64,000 nucleotides of DNA from Nitrospinales bacterium (GTDB lineage Bacteria > Nitrospinota > Nitrospinia > Nitrospinales > VA-1). Shown piece by piece: positions 41,531-50,582 of the stretch. The stretch covers positions 3,232,001 through 3,296,000 of the forward strand of contig CBDCWG010000012.1 in the NCBI GenBank assembly GCA_965223345.1, read 5' to 3'. The position numbers were made by a program, and so were the translations under genes. Within the stretch, counting starts at the first letter, position 1; each line of letters opens with the position of its first letter. The notes under the pieces are model-generated. The model did not search any database. It was not told the DNA's origin and worked only from the letters and a program-made list of their open reading frames with translations.

Positions 41531-41815
41531 TCAAGCCAGAGCCAACCCGTTGAGGCTTCTTTGCAGACCGGCCAGGCTGCTGGAATGGCTGCGCTCGATC
41601 GGAATGCCGTATTTTCTCGAAGCGATAACGACTTCCCGCACCAGGCTGTGCGACACGGTGTCCGTGAACAGCACGATCCCGTTGAATCCATTGAGCCTTT
41701 TCCCCATATCGGGGACTCTCTGGCTGAAAATTTTTATCCGCAGACCCCGTTTTTTCCCCTTCTGGGTGTACAAATGCTTCAACCGGTCCAACCCTCCTAT
41801 GACTGCGACACTCAT
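41531..41815 (-). CDS. DUF2325 domain protein
   Basis: MSVAVIGG...IVLFTDTVSH...HSSSL; AGGAGG Shine-Dalgarno. Confidence 0.85.
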   Translation of the reverse strand: MSVAVIGGLDRLKHLYTQKGKKRGLRIKIFSQRVPDMGKRLNGFNGIVLFTDTVSHSLVREVVIASRKYGIPIERSHSSSLAGLQRSLNGLALA

Positions 41816-41840
41816 GACACCTCCTGGCTGATCATATTTT

Positions 41841-41859
41841 AATAATGAGAATCATTATC
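41841..41859. promoter_or_regulatory. Fur box
   Basis: AATAATGAGAATCATTATC matches the GATAATGATAATCATTATC consensus at 17/19 positions, 25 nt upstream of the DUF2325 start. Confidence 0.85.
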
Positions 41860-42239
41860 ATAATGTACCGCCATAGCTGGAGGGGGTCAAGCTTTTTTTA
41901 ATCTTATTTCGTGGGTTGTCGGCCTGGGGCTTCCGGATTCACACAGGACGGATCCTCTTTCGCAAAATAAACAAGGGGCTGAACGAAACCGTCCAGCCCG
42001 CGCGCTCGCTCCGCCCTGCTTTTCCAACACGAATCGTCCGTCAAGCTGTTGTTCCACAAACGATAAATGGGAAGAGCCATGAAATGGTTCGCCAAGGCGG
42101 GTGTGCGGCTGAAGGGGCGTCCGGAAAACGGGAAGTAAGATCACAGATATTTGTGACTAAATTACTTTATAAATTTATACAAATATTTATAATTACCGGA
42201 CAATCAACAAAATCAACAGCACTAAAAGGGGCTCATTCA

Positions 42240-42881
42240 ATGAAGAAACGACTCTTCGTAGTGAGATTGTCTGCTCTGGGGTTGGCATTCATGTTGTCCT
42301 GCTTTTCCCATACGGCATTCGCATCTGAAATCACCAAAAGCTTGAAAGCCACCGTCGATTCCGTCATCACGATCGTCAAAGACGAAAACCTGAAGAACAA
42401 CACAACGGTACGAAGGGAAAAGCTTCGGGAAGTGATCGGCAAACGCTTCGATTACAAGCAAATGGCGATGCGGTCTCTGGATAAAGAGTGGAAGGGAAGG
42501 ACTCCTGCAGAAAAAAAGGAATTTGTCGATCTGTTCAAGCGGCTTCTTGAAAATTCCTATGCGGAAAAAATCGAATCCTTCAGCGATGAAAAGATCAATT
42601 ACATCAGCGAAAAAGTGGTCAAAGGGAAGTACGCGCTGATAAAAACGGAAATCGCCCGCAAGGACGGCATCATCGAAGTGGATTACAAACTGATCAATAT
42701 GAATGGCGACTGGCTGGTCTACGATTTTGTGGTTGAAAAAGTCAGCATGGTGCGCAACTACCGCTCGCAGTTCAATAAAATCATCCGCAAGGAATCCTAC
42801 GAGGCTCTGGTAAAAAAATTATCAGAGAAAGGAAACAGCATCGAGGCGCATTACAAAAACTCTGTGGGCGAAAAGCTTTAG
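42240..42881 (+). CDS. mlaC: MlaC/Ttg2D family phospholipid-binding periplasmic protein
   Basis: FDYKQMA.RSL..W, F.DLFKRLLENSY, W.VYDFVVE.VSMV.NYRSQF; signal peptide. Confidence 0.88.
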   Translation: MKKRLFVVRLSALGLAFMLSCFSHTAFASEITKSLKATVDSVITIVKDENLKNNTTVRREKLREVIGKRFDYKQMAMRSLDKEWKGRTPAEKKEFVDLFKRLLENSYAEKIESFSDEKINYISEKVVKGKYALIKTEIARKDGIIEVDYKLINMNGDWLVYDFVVEKVSMVRNYRSQFNKIIRKESYEALVKKLSEKGNSIEAHYKNSVGEKL

Positions 42882-43221
42882 TAAATTGTAAAGCAGCATA
42901 GGGAATGGGAAGCATTTTTTGGTTTCATCGTTTCCCTCCTTACGAGAAAGTAAAATTCGAGACAAAAAAAAACCAGCTGCACCGGCGACTGAGGCATCGA
43001 GGCCGATCGCAGCTGGTTTTTCTTTATTGAATTCCAACCCGTGTCCCTTCCCTCCCGCTCCAGGGAGCCCTCCCCCGGATCTTCGTTCGAGCGAACGCCC
43101 TGCTAAAGACCCAGACGAACCGGTTTTCTCTCCCCCATTTATGCCGGTGTCATGTAACGGCCAGTAATATATAATATTATTGCCTCACGTATCTTCGTCC
43201 ACTTTGCGGGAATTGCGCCTC

Positions 43222-44583
43222 ATGAACAAAAAACTGCTCGTCTTGCCTGGAATTATTCTGGGGATCGCCGCGGTGTTTTTCCTGGTCAAGAGCAAACAAG
43301 AGCCCGGACGATCCGATGTCACCGAGCGGACCAAAGCGGTGCGGGCGATCGTGGTGCAGGCAATGGATTTTGTCCCCCGCGCTCTGGGCTACGGGTATGT
43401 CCAGCCGGATAAACTCTGGGAGGCGGTGGCAGAGGTGAAGGGCAAAATCGTCGAAATCCACCCCAACCTGAAAAGGGGTGTCTTTCTGAAACAAGGGGAA
43501 TTGCTCTTTCGGATCGAACCGGACGCCAGCCGCCTTGCGGTGGAGGGCATCGATGCAGACATTCTCAACGTCCGGGCCCGGGTGGCTGAGTTGGACCAGA
43601 ACCTCAAGGACACGCAGAGGCAATTGGAAATTGAAAAGCGGTCCCTGGAAATCAATAAAAATGAACTGGAACGCAAAAAGAAATTATTTGCGGAAGGATT
43701 CATCTCCAAATCCGAACTGGATAAGGAAAATCAGCGTCTGCTGGTGCAGAAAAATGTCGTCGAGAATTACAAAAGCACGTTGAATCGCCTGCCCGCTGAA
43801 CGCCGTGCTCTGCTGGCGACACTGGCTTCCCACCGGGCCAGACGGCAGGACGCCCGCCTGAATCTGGAAAAAACGGTGATTCGGGCGCCTTTCGACAGCC
43901 GGGTCTCCAAAGTGGACGTGGAGCTGGGACAGGCGGTGACGGTGGGTCAGGTCCTTGCAGAGGCGGACAGCATTGCGGTGGCGGAGATCGACACACAAAT
44001 CCCGCGCTACCAATTGAAAAATCTGTTTCCCAAAGATGCTCCCCGTTCTCTGACCATGGAAAACTTACAGGATGTCACCCGCGGCGACCGGGGCAAACTG
44101 CTCAATTTCGGTGCGGTGGTCCGCATCGATCTGCAAGGTGAAATCGTGGAGTGGCCCGCCCGTTTCTCCCGCTTCACGGAGCTGGACCCCAAAACGGGAA
44201 CCGTCGGCATCGTCGTTTCTGTGGACGACCCTTATCTGAAAGCCCAGCCCGGGAAGCGCCCGCCGTTGCAGAAAAACTTTTACTGTGAGGTGGAGTTGTT
44301 CGCCCAGGCGCAGCCGAATCGTATCGTCATCCCCCGTTCCGCTCTGCATGAAAACACGGTCTACCGGGTGGGTCCCGATGACAGACTGCAAAAGCAGGAA
44401 GTCCAGGTTGATTTTTTCCAGGGAAATCTGGCCGTGATCCGATCCGGAATCCAGCCCGGCGACCGGATCATCGTGAGTGACGTGATTCCCGCTATCGAAG
44501 GAATGCTCCTGTCCGTCCACATCGAAAAGGATCTCGTTTCGGATCTGGCGCAAAGCCCGACACAACCTCCTGCGGCCCAATGA
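43222..44583 (+). CDS. RND efflux periplasmic adaptor (membrane fusion protein)
   Basis: AEVKGKIV, G.LLFRI, coiled coil, IRAPFD, IPRSAL. Confidence 0.9.
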   Translation: MNKKLLVLPGIILGIAAVFFLVKSKQEPGRSDVTERTKAVRAIVVQAMDFVPRALGYGYVQPDKLWEAVAEVKGKIVEIHPNLKRGVFLKQGELLFRIEPDASRLAVEGIDADILNVRARVAELDQNLKDTQRQLEIEKRSLEINKNELERKKKLFAEGFISKSELDKENQRLLVQKNVVENYKSTLNRLPAERRALLATLASHRARRQDARLNLEKTVIRAPFDSRVSKVDVELGQAVTVGQVLAEADSIAVAEIDTQIPRYQLKNLFPKDAPRSLTMENLQDVTRGDRGKLLNFGAVVRIDLQGEIVEWPARFSRFTELDPKTGTVGIVVSVDDPYLKAQPGKRPPLQKNFYCEVELFAQAQPNRIVIPRSALHENTVYRVGPDDRLQKQEVQVDFFQGNLAVIRSGIQPGDRIIVSDVIPAIEGMLLSVHIEKDLVSDLAQSPTQPPAAQ

Positions 44584-47500
44584 ATTCCAAGAGCACACTG
44601 CTGGGTTATTTTGCCGGCCACCCCACCGCTTCCAACCTCCTGATGGTCACGTTGATGTTTCTGGGCTTTCTCGTGTTGAAAGACATCCGCCGGGAAACGT
44701 TTCCCGATTTTGCCCCCACCGAAGTCGAAACGCTGGTGGTTTATCCGGGCGCCAGTGCAGAGGAAATCGAAGAAGCCATTTGCCAGCGTTTGGAAAAAGC
44801 CGTGGAAAAGGTGAACGATATTCTGGAAATACGCTGCGAGGCGCGGGAAAACCAGGCCCGCTTCGTTGCGGAGATGCGGGAGGACGGCGACATTCAGCAG
44901 TTTCTGGATGACATCAAAACCGAGGTGGAGGCGATCGACGACTTCCCGGAAAAAACCGAAAGCCCCATCATCCGCCAACTGGGACGGACGAATGCGGTGG
45001 TTTCGATCGCCGTGACGGGTCCCATGTCGGTTTCGGATCTGAAGATCTTCTGCGAGAACCTGAAAGACCGCCTGCTGCTTCTTGAAGAGGTCTCTCAGGT
45101 GGACATTCAGGGATTTTCCGATCACCAGATTCAGGTGCAGATCCGCGGAAAAAAAATGATGCAGTTCGGCCTGAGTATTTTCAACATCACCGACGCCATC
45201 AAAAACCAGAACATCGATCTGCCCGCGGGCACGATCGAAACACCGGGAGCCGACGTTCTGATCCGTTTTTCAGACGAGCGGCACAAGATCCGGGAATACG
45301 AGGATCTCCTGGTGATGTCGCGCAAGACAGGAGAAGAAGTCCGCTTGGGGGATATCGCCAAAATCGTCGATCGCTTCGAACTGGACGAAGAAAAAATCCT
45401 GCTCAACGGTCAGCGTGCGGGCCTGCTCGCCATCAAGAAGCAGAAAAAAGAGGATTCGCTGCGCATCATTCAGGCGGTGCGGGAACTGCTGGAGAAAGAG
45501 CGCCGGGCGCTGCCGCCGGACATCCAGTTGACCCTCACCGAAAACATGACGGACATCGTTCAGGACCGTTTGACCATGCTGGTCAAAAACGGCATCCAGG
45601 GGCTGATCCTGGTCTTTTTGACGCTGTGGCTGTTCTTTTCGCTCCGGCTGTCGTTTTGGGTATCGATGGGACTTCCGGTGTCGTTTTTGGGCGCCTTGTT
45701 CCTCATGAAATATTTCGATTTTTCCATCAACATGCTGACCATGGTGGGCCTTCTTTTGGCCCTGGGCCTGATCATGGATGACGCCATCGTCATTGCGGAA
45801 AATGTGGTTTCGCAACTGGCACGCGGCAAATCCGCCCTGCAGGCCGCTGTCGAGGGAACGCGGGAAGTGGCGCCGGGCGTCTTCTCCTCGTTTTTGACCA
45901 CCGTCGCGGTGTTCGGTTCGATCCCCCTGTTTCTGGAAGGGGAAATCGGGAAAGTGCTCTGGGTGATACCCGTCGTGCTGATATTGACGCTCAGCATCAG
46001 TCTGATCGAAGCGTTCTGCATCCTGCCCAACCACCTGCACCATTCCCTCAAAAAATTCGAGTCCGACCCGATGTCGAAATCGAAAACCCGGCAATCCATT
46101 GAGAATGCGATCGTCACGTTTCGCGAACGGGTTCTGGGCCGGTGCGTCGATTGGGGAGTGCGCTGGCGTTATCTTTTTGTGGGGCTTTTGATTTTCGTCT
46201 TCATGCTCTCGGTGGGCATGGTGGCGGGTGGCAAGATGAAACTCATCGGCTTTCCCGAAATCGACGGCAACGTGCTGCAGGCGCGGATCCTGCTGCCGCA
46301 GGGAACGCCCATCAAGAAAACCGAAGGCGTGGTGGACCGGGTTCTGGACGCTCTGCAGACCGTCAACGGCGAGTTGACCCCCTTGCAGCCTGAAGGACAG
46401 TCCCTGGTGCAAAATGTAACGGTGAAGTTCAATAAAAACCTGGATGCGTACGAAGCCGGTCCGCATGTGGCGACCGTTTCCGTGGACCTTTTGAAAGCGG
46501 AGGTGCGCAACGCCACGCTCGACGACATTTCCAGCCGGTGGCGCAAATACGTCGGGGACTTGCCGGAAGTCATCAACATCACCTATAAGGAACCGGCCAT
46601 CGGTCCGGGTGGATTGCCCATAGAGATCCGCCTGCAGGGCCAGGACCTCACCCGCTTGAAACAGGCCTCTCTGGAACTGCAGAACTGGTTGAATCGATAC
46701 GCAGGCGTGGTGGACCTCAACGACGATTCGCGCCCCGGCAAACCGGAAATCCGTGTGCGCATGAAGCGGGGCGCCCTCGCCAAGGGACTGGACGCCGCCA
46801 TGATCGCCAACCAGTTGCGTGCGGCTTTTTACGGCAGAACCGCCAGTGAAATCCAGGTGGGACCGGAATCCTACGAAGTGGACGTGCGGCTGGCCGAAAG
46901 CGACCAGAACAGCATCGCCGATCTGGAACTTTTTTACGTGACCGACGAAGCGGGCAACCTGTTCCCGATCGGCGAGGTCGCGCATCTGGAACCCTCCCGC
47001 GGTGTGGCCCGCATATACAGGATCAACGGTTTGCGAACGATCACGATTCAAAGCGACATCGACACCCAGATCGCCAACGCCAACGAAATCCTGCAGGAAA
47101 CCAAATCACAGTTTCTCCCCGGACTCCGGGAACGCTACCCGGAAGTCACGGTCTCCGTGGAGGGGCAACAGAAAGAATCGCAGACCACAGGCCGGTCCAT
47201 GGGCACCGCCTTCGCCGTCGGCATCTTTGCCATCTTTGTGCTGCTGAGCTTTCAGTTCCGCAGCTACCTGGAATCCATCGTGGTGATGACGGCCATTCCC
47301 CTTTCCCTGATCGGGGTCATCTGGGGGCATTGGATCATGGGGCTGGACCTGTCGATGGTCAGCATCATGGGATTCATATCGCTGACCGGGGTGGTGATCA
47401 ACGATTCGATTCTGCTGGTTCAGTTTCTGAAAAAAGGATTGGAATCCGGCATACCGGTTCAGGAGGCAGCGCGCAAAGCCAGCCGGCAACGATTTCGAGC

Positions 47501-47705
47501 GGTGCTTTTGACTTCGCTCACCACCATTGCCGGCCTGGTCCCGCTGTTGCTGGAAAAAAGCCTGCAGGCTCAGGTATTGATCCCGCTGGTCACCAGCATC
47601 GTTTTCGGCTTGATCGCATCCACCGTTCTCGTTCTGATTGTGATTCCCGTATTGTTTTCCATTCTCGGTGATTTCAGTCCCATTCAAACCAGAAACAGCG
47701 CATGA
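44580..47705 (+). CDS. RND efflux permease (AcrB/AcrD/AcrF family)
   Basis: 1041 aa; GLIMDDAIVIAEN, GVVINDSILLV, RFRAVLLTSLTT; ATGA overlap with adaptor gene. Confidence 0.95.
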   Translation: MNSKSTLLGYFAGHPTASNLLMVTLMFLGFLVLKDIRRETFPDFAPTEVETLVVYPGASAEEIEEAICQRLEKAVEKVNDILEIRCEARENQARFVAEMREDGDIQQFLDDIKTEVEAIDDFPEKTESPIIRQLGRTNAVVSIAVTGPMSVSDLKIFCENLKDRLLLLEEVSQVDIQGFSDHQIQVQIRGKKMMQFGLSIFNITDAIKNQNIDLPAGTIETPGADVLIRFSDERHKIREYEDLLVMSRKTGEEVRLGDIAKIVDRFELDEEKILLNGQRAGLLAIKKQKKEDSLRIIQAVRELLEKERRALPPDIQLTLTENMTDIVQDRLTMLVKNGIQGLILVFLTLWLFFSLRLSFWVSMGLPVSFLGALFLMKYFDFSINMLTMVGLLLALGLIMDDAIVIAENVVSQLARGKSALQAAVEGTREVAPGVFSSFLTTVAVFGSIPLFLEGEIGKVLWVIPVVLILTLSISLIEAFCILPNHLHHSLKKFESDPMSKSKTRQSIENAIVTFRERVLGRCVDWGVRWRYLFVGLLIFVFMLSVGMVAGGKMKLIGFPEIDGNVLQARILLPQGTPIKKTEGVVDRVLDALQTVNGELTPLQPEGQSLVQNVTVKFNKNLDAYEAGPHVATVSVDLLKAEVRNATLDDISSRWRKYVGDLPEVINITYKEPAIGPGGLPIEIRLQGQDLTRLKQASLELQNWLNRYAGVVDLNDDSRPGKPEIRVRMKRGALAKGLDAAMIANQLRAAFYGRTASEIQVGPESYEVDVRLAESDQNSIADLELFYVTDEAGNLFPIGEVAHLEPSRGVARIYRINGLRTITIQSDIDTQIANANEILQETKSQFLPGLRERYPEVTVSVEGQQKESQTTGRSMGTAFAVGIFAIFVLLSFQFRSYLESIVVMTAIPLSLIGVIWGHWIMGLDLSMVSIMGFISLTGVVINDSILLVQFLKKGLESGIPVQEAARKASRQRFRAVLLTSLTTIAGLVPLLLEKSLQAQVLIPLVTSIVFGLIASTVLVLIVIPVLFSILGDFSPIQTRNSA

Positions 47706-47804
47706 GCCCCCTTCCCTGTCAAAACTTCGACGGACACCCGCACCAGATTTTCGATTCTTTCAGATAAATTGCTATCAATTACATCGATTTTCTGCGCGCT
47801 CTCC

Positions 47805-47820
47805 GGGAACAGGAATTGCC
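47805..47820 (+). promoter_or_regulatory. Possible sigma54 promoter
   Basis: GGAACAGGAATTGC (GG-N10-GC ending in TTGC) ~55 nt upstream of ORF 47874. Confidence 0.45.
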
Positions 47821-47873
47821 ACTTACGGGGTACCACGCAGCATTTCTGTCAATAATGCCGGGAGCGAGGACGG

Positions 47874-48110
47874 ATGCCGGAATACCTGTTTGTAAAGAGG
47901 CAAAGAGAGATTCGATCGCTGCAAGCCGAACGCGACAACCTGCAAAGAAGGGTTCAGGAACTCACGCAAACGGTTCAATCGTTGATTGAGGAAATCAGGG
48001 ATTTGAATCAAAAAAAGATCGTCTGGCAAGAGCGCGATCACGCATTCGAACGCAAAAGCAGGGCTGGCCGGAGTTTTGAGCGGGGAAACGCAGAGTTCAA
48101 CCTTCCCTAG
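47874..48110 (+). CDS. Small coiled-coil hypothetical protein
   Basis: GAGGA upstream; heptad pattern LQAERDNLQRRVQELTQTVQSL. Confidence 0.65.
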   Translation: MPEYLFVKRQREIRSLQAERDNLQRRVQELTQTVQSLIEEIRDLNQKKIVWQERDHAFERKSRAGRSFERGNAEFNLP

Positions 48111-48260
48111 ATCGATATGCAGCGGTGGCCCCCCAGCACCCCGGCCGGTTTCGGCCCACGGCACTTCGTGATCTCTATCCCCTTGAAATCCGCCGGTTCC
48201 GGCCTATATTCACACTATCCGTACTATCCATTTAAATCCTGCCAAGTGTAGAGGTTGGGA

Positions 48261-48650
48261 ATGAAAGCATCCGTCACAGCATTGCGATTCACCCTGGCGA
48301 TCCTGTTTTCCTTATCAGTTGCCGGCACGGTCCAGGCACAACCCAAATTCGATACCGGTCAAGGCAACGGCGGCAACAACGGCCCGGCCGGTCTGCCGCA
48401 TGGATCGCCGCCCTCCCCTTCGCTCAAGCAAACGCCTGCTCCCGGCAATCCACTAAAAGCCAATCCGTTTCCCAATAGTGGAATGCCATCGTTCAACGGG
48501 TCCCAAATGCCGAAAAAACCCGCAGGCCCCACGATCCTCCAGGGGTCCCGATTGCACAAGAGCGGCCCGCAGCCAACCATCCAGCATTTTCCCCATTCCC
48601 TCGGCCTGAAGGATCGCAACCACAATCCACGATTTCGGCAGAGCAGGTAA
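48261..48650 (+). CDS. Secreted Pro/Gly-rich, probably disordered protein
   Basis: Signal peptide ending VQA; GAGG upstream; low complexity. Confidence 0.6.
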   Translation: MKASVTALRFTLAILFSLSVAGTVQAQPKFDTGQGNGGNNGPAGLPHGSPPSPSLKQTPAPGNPLKANPFPNSGMPSFNGSQMPKKPAGPTILQGSRLHKSGPQPTIQHFPHSLGLKDRNHNPRFRQSR

Positions 48651-48820
48651 TAACCACACATAAAAAATCAACGCACATTCACAGCGCCCGGCGTCAGCGA
48701 TGACGAGCCCATTCGGACGTAAACGGGATTTCCAGAAACCACTCGGGATTCTCATTCCACGTTGAGCGTGATACCTTTGGTTTTGTGAGCGATCCGCAAT
48801 CCGGTTGGAGTGGACGGGAA

Positions 48821-49999
48821 ATGATCTCGGTGGACGGGGAAAACAGGAAAATCGGTCTGGCGCTGTCCGGCGGGGGGTTCCGGGCGTCCATCTTCCATAT
48901 GGGCGTGCTGCGCCGGCTCGCGGAATTCAACCTGCTGGATAAAATCGACGTCCTCTCCACCGTGTCCGGCGGGTCCATCGTCGGCGCTTTTTACGCCCTG
49001 AATCGGAATCTCTGGGGCGACATCGAGCGGCTGGAGAACCGGTTCCTGCAGGGTGTGCAGGCGGACATCCGCTTTCGCGCCCTGACCGGGGCCTGGCTGT
49101 TTCATCCCTTTCTCTTCCTGCGATCCATCGGCCCCGGTTTCTCCCGCACCAACATCATCGCCAGGGAATACGCACGCTTTTTTTTCGGCGGCGCGACTCT
49201 GAAGGATCTGCCGGCGCTGCCCAGGCTGATCATCAACGCCACCAGCCTGAATACGGGCGTGATCTGGAAGTTTTCCAGGGACAAGGTGGGGGACTACAAA
49301 TCCCGTTTCCGCAAGATTGAAGGGTTTCCCGTTTCCCTGGCAGTGGCCGCATCGTCAGCGGTTCCGGGCCTGTTCCCGCCGCTGGTCCTGAGGGAGACGA
49401 AGCCGGCGGATACGGGCAAGCGGATCAGTCTGTCCGACGGCGGGGTGCGGGACAATCAGGGACTCACCAGTATCTTTTCGGAAAAATGCGATTATGTGAT
49501 CAGCAGCGACGCGTCGGGTTTGATCGCCACGCTGCCCAGACCTTCGAAGTTCAGCTACAGGGTGCTGCTGCGCGCCAACAGCATCACCATGAACGCGTCC
49601 CGGGCCTTGTTGATCCAGTCCCTGTTCAGACGCAAAGAGACGGCGGAGATCAGGCAGTTCGTGTTTTTCGATATGAAAGACACGGTGACCTCGGAGGGGC
49701 CGAAACTGCCAAAGCAATTGATCCGCGCGGCCGCCAGCGTCCGTACGGACCTGGATCATTTCTCCGACGCGGAAATCGCCACGATCCGGTACCACGGGTA
49801 CACGCTGATCGATCAAAAGCTGAAAAAGCACGCCCCCGACCTGCTGCAGGGCGCAGACCCGCCGCTCACTTACACGGAACCCTTCCCGGACGATCGCATC
49901 GCCGCTTTCAGCAAAGCCCTGGAGCGTTCGCACAAAAGACGGCTCCTGCCCCGGAATCCGCTGCGCTTGTTTTTCCCGAACCGGTGCGGCCGGTGCTGA
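48821..49999 (+). CDS. Patatin-like phospholipase
   Basis: GLALSGGGFRA, STVSGGS nucleophile, ASSAVP, DGGV.DN. Confidence 0.9.
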   Translation: MISVDGENRKIGLALSGGGFRASIFHMGVLRRLAEFNLLDKIDVLSTVSGGSIVGAFYALNRNLWGDIERLENRFLQGVQADIRFRALTGAWLFHPFLFLRSIGPGFSRTNIIAREYARFFFGGATLKDLPALPRLIINATSLNTGVIWKFSRDKVGDYKSRFRKIEGFPVSLAVAASSAVPGLFPPLVLRETKPADTGKRISLSDGGVRDNQGLTSIFSEKCDYVISSDASGLIATLPRPSKFSYRVLLRANSITMNASRALLIQSLFRRKETAEIRQFVFFDMKDTVTSEGPKLPKQLIRAAASVRTDLDHFSDAEIATIRYHGYTLIDQKLKKHAPDLLQGADPPLTYTEPFPDDRIAAFSKALERSHKRRLLPRNPLRLFFPNRCGRC

Positions 50000-50022
50000 T
50001 GCGTGGATGCCGCCGGCCTGTG

Positions 50023-50370
50023 TCAGTCGTCGGGGTTTTCGTAAAAAATATAGCTGGTGGAATAGTCGCTGAACTCGAAATACACCTTCTTCTCTCCCGA
50101 ATCCTTGATGAGATTCTTGTTTTTATCGAGGATCCCGTAGCCGTAGCGGTAGGGTCTTGAGGTGTTGCCGCTGGTGCTGGCGGCGGTGGACAGCTTGTCG
50201 ATTTTGATGAAGCGTTTGACCAGCTCGTTTCCCGCATAGATATCCAGCACGCCGTCCGTTCCCGTGTAGTTCTGCACGGCCCGGCCGATTTTGTTCTGGG
50301 TTTCCTGAGTGCAGCTCGCCGTCACGCCTAAAACTGCAATCGCAAAAATAACAGCTGTGATCTTTTTCAT
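50023..50370 (-). CDS. Hypothetical lipoprotein
   Basis: Lipobox TASC; AGGAAGG upstream. Confidence 0.8.
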   Translation of the reverse strand: MKKITAVIFAIAVLGVTASCTQETQNKIGRAVQNYTGTDGVLDIYAGNELVKRFIKIDKLSTAASTSGNTSRPYRYGYGILDKNKNLIKDSGEKKVYFEFSDYSTSYIFYENPDD

Positions 50371-50582
50371 ACGTGCCCTTCCTTTTATTTGAACGATCTT
50401 CGTGATGGGTTGTATTTCAGTCTACGACATTTTAGCAAGCGGCTTGCAAGAAAAAGGCACCTCCCTTCTTTCTCTCGCGGCACAAACGAAATTGCTTGTC
50501 GATCCAGCCGCGATTCGATAAGGTCTGGAAAAAAGACCCGGATTCCCACGCACTGGATGCAGCATCCCATTTAGGAGGCAAA

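Noticed and set aside
47763..47782. Second Fur box (GATAAATTGCTATCAATTAC)
   Set aside because: Needs a gap and several mismatches; not distinguishable from AT-rich background
48232..48244. Second partial match to the tRNA 3' end as a distal att site
   Set aside because: Only a 10-nt exact match with no compositional boundary; compatible with chance
48821..49999. Patatin as a CBASS CapV effector
   Set aside because: No nucleotidyltransferase or other CBASS gene nearby
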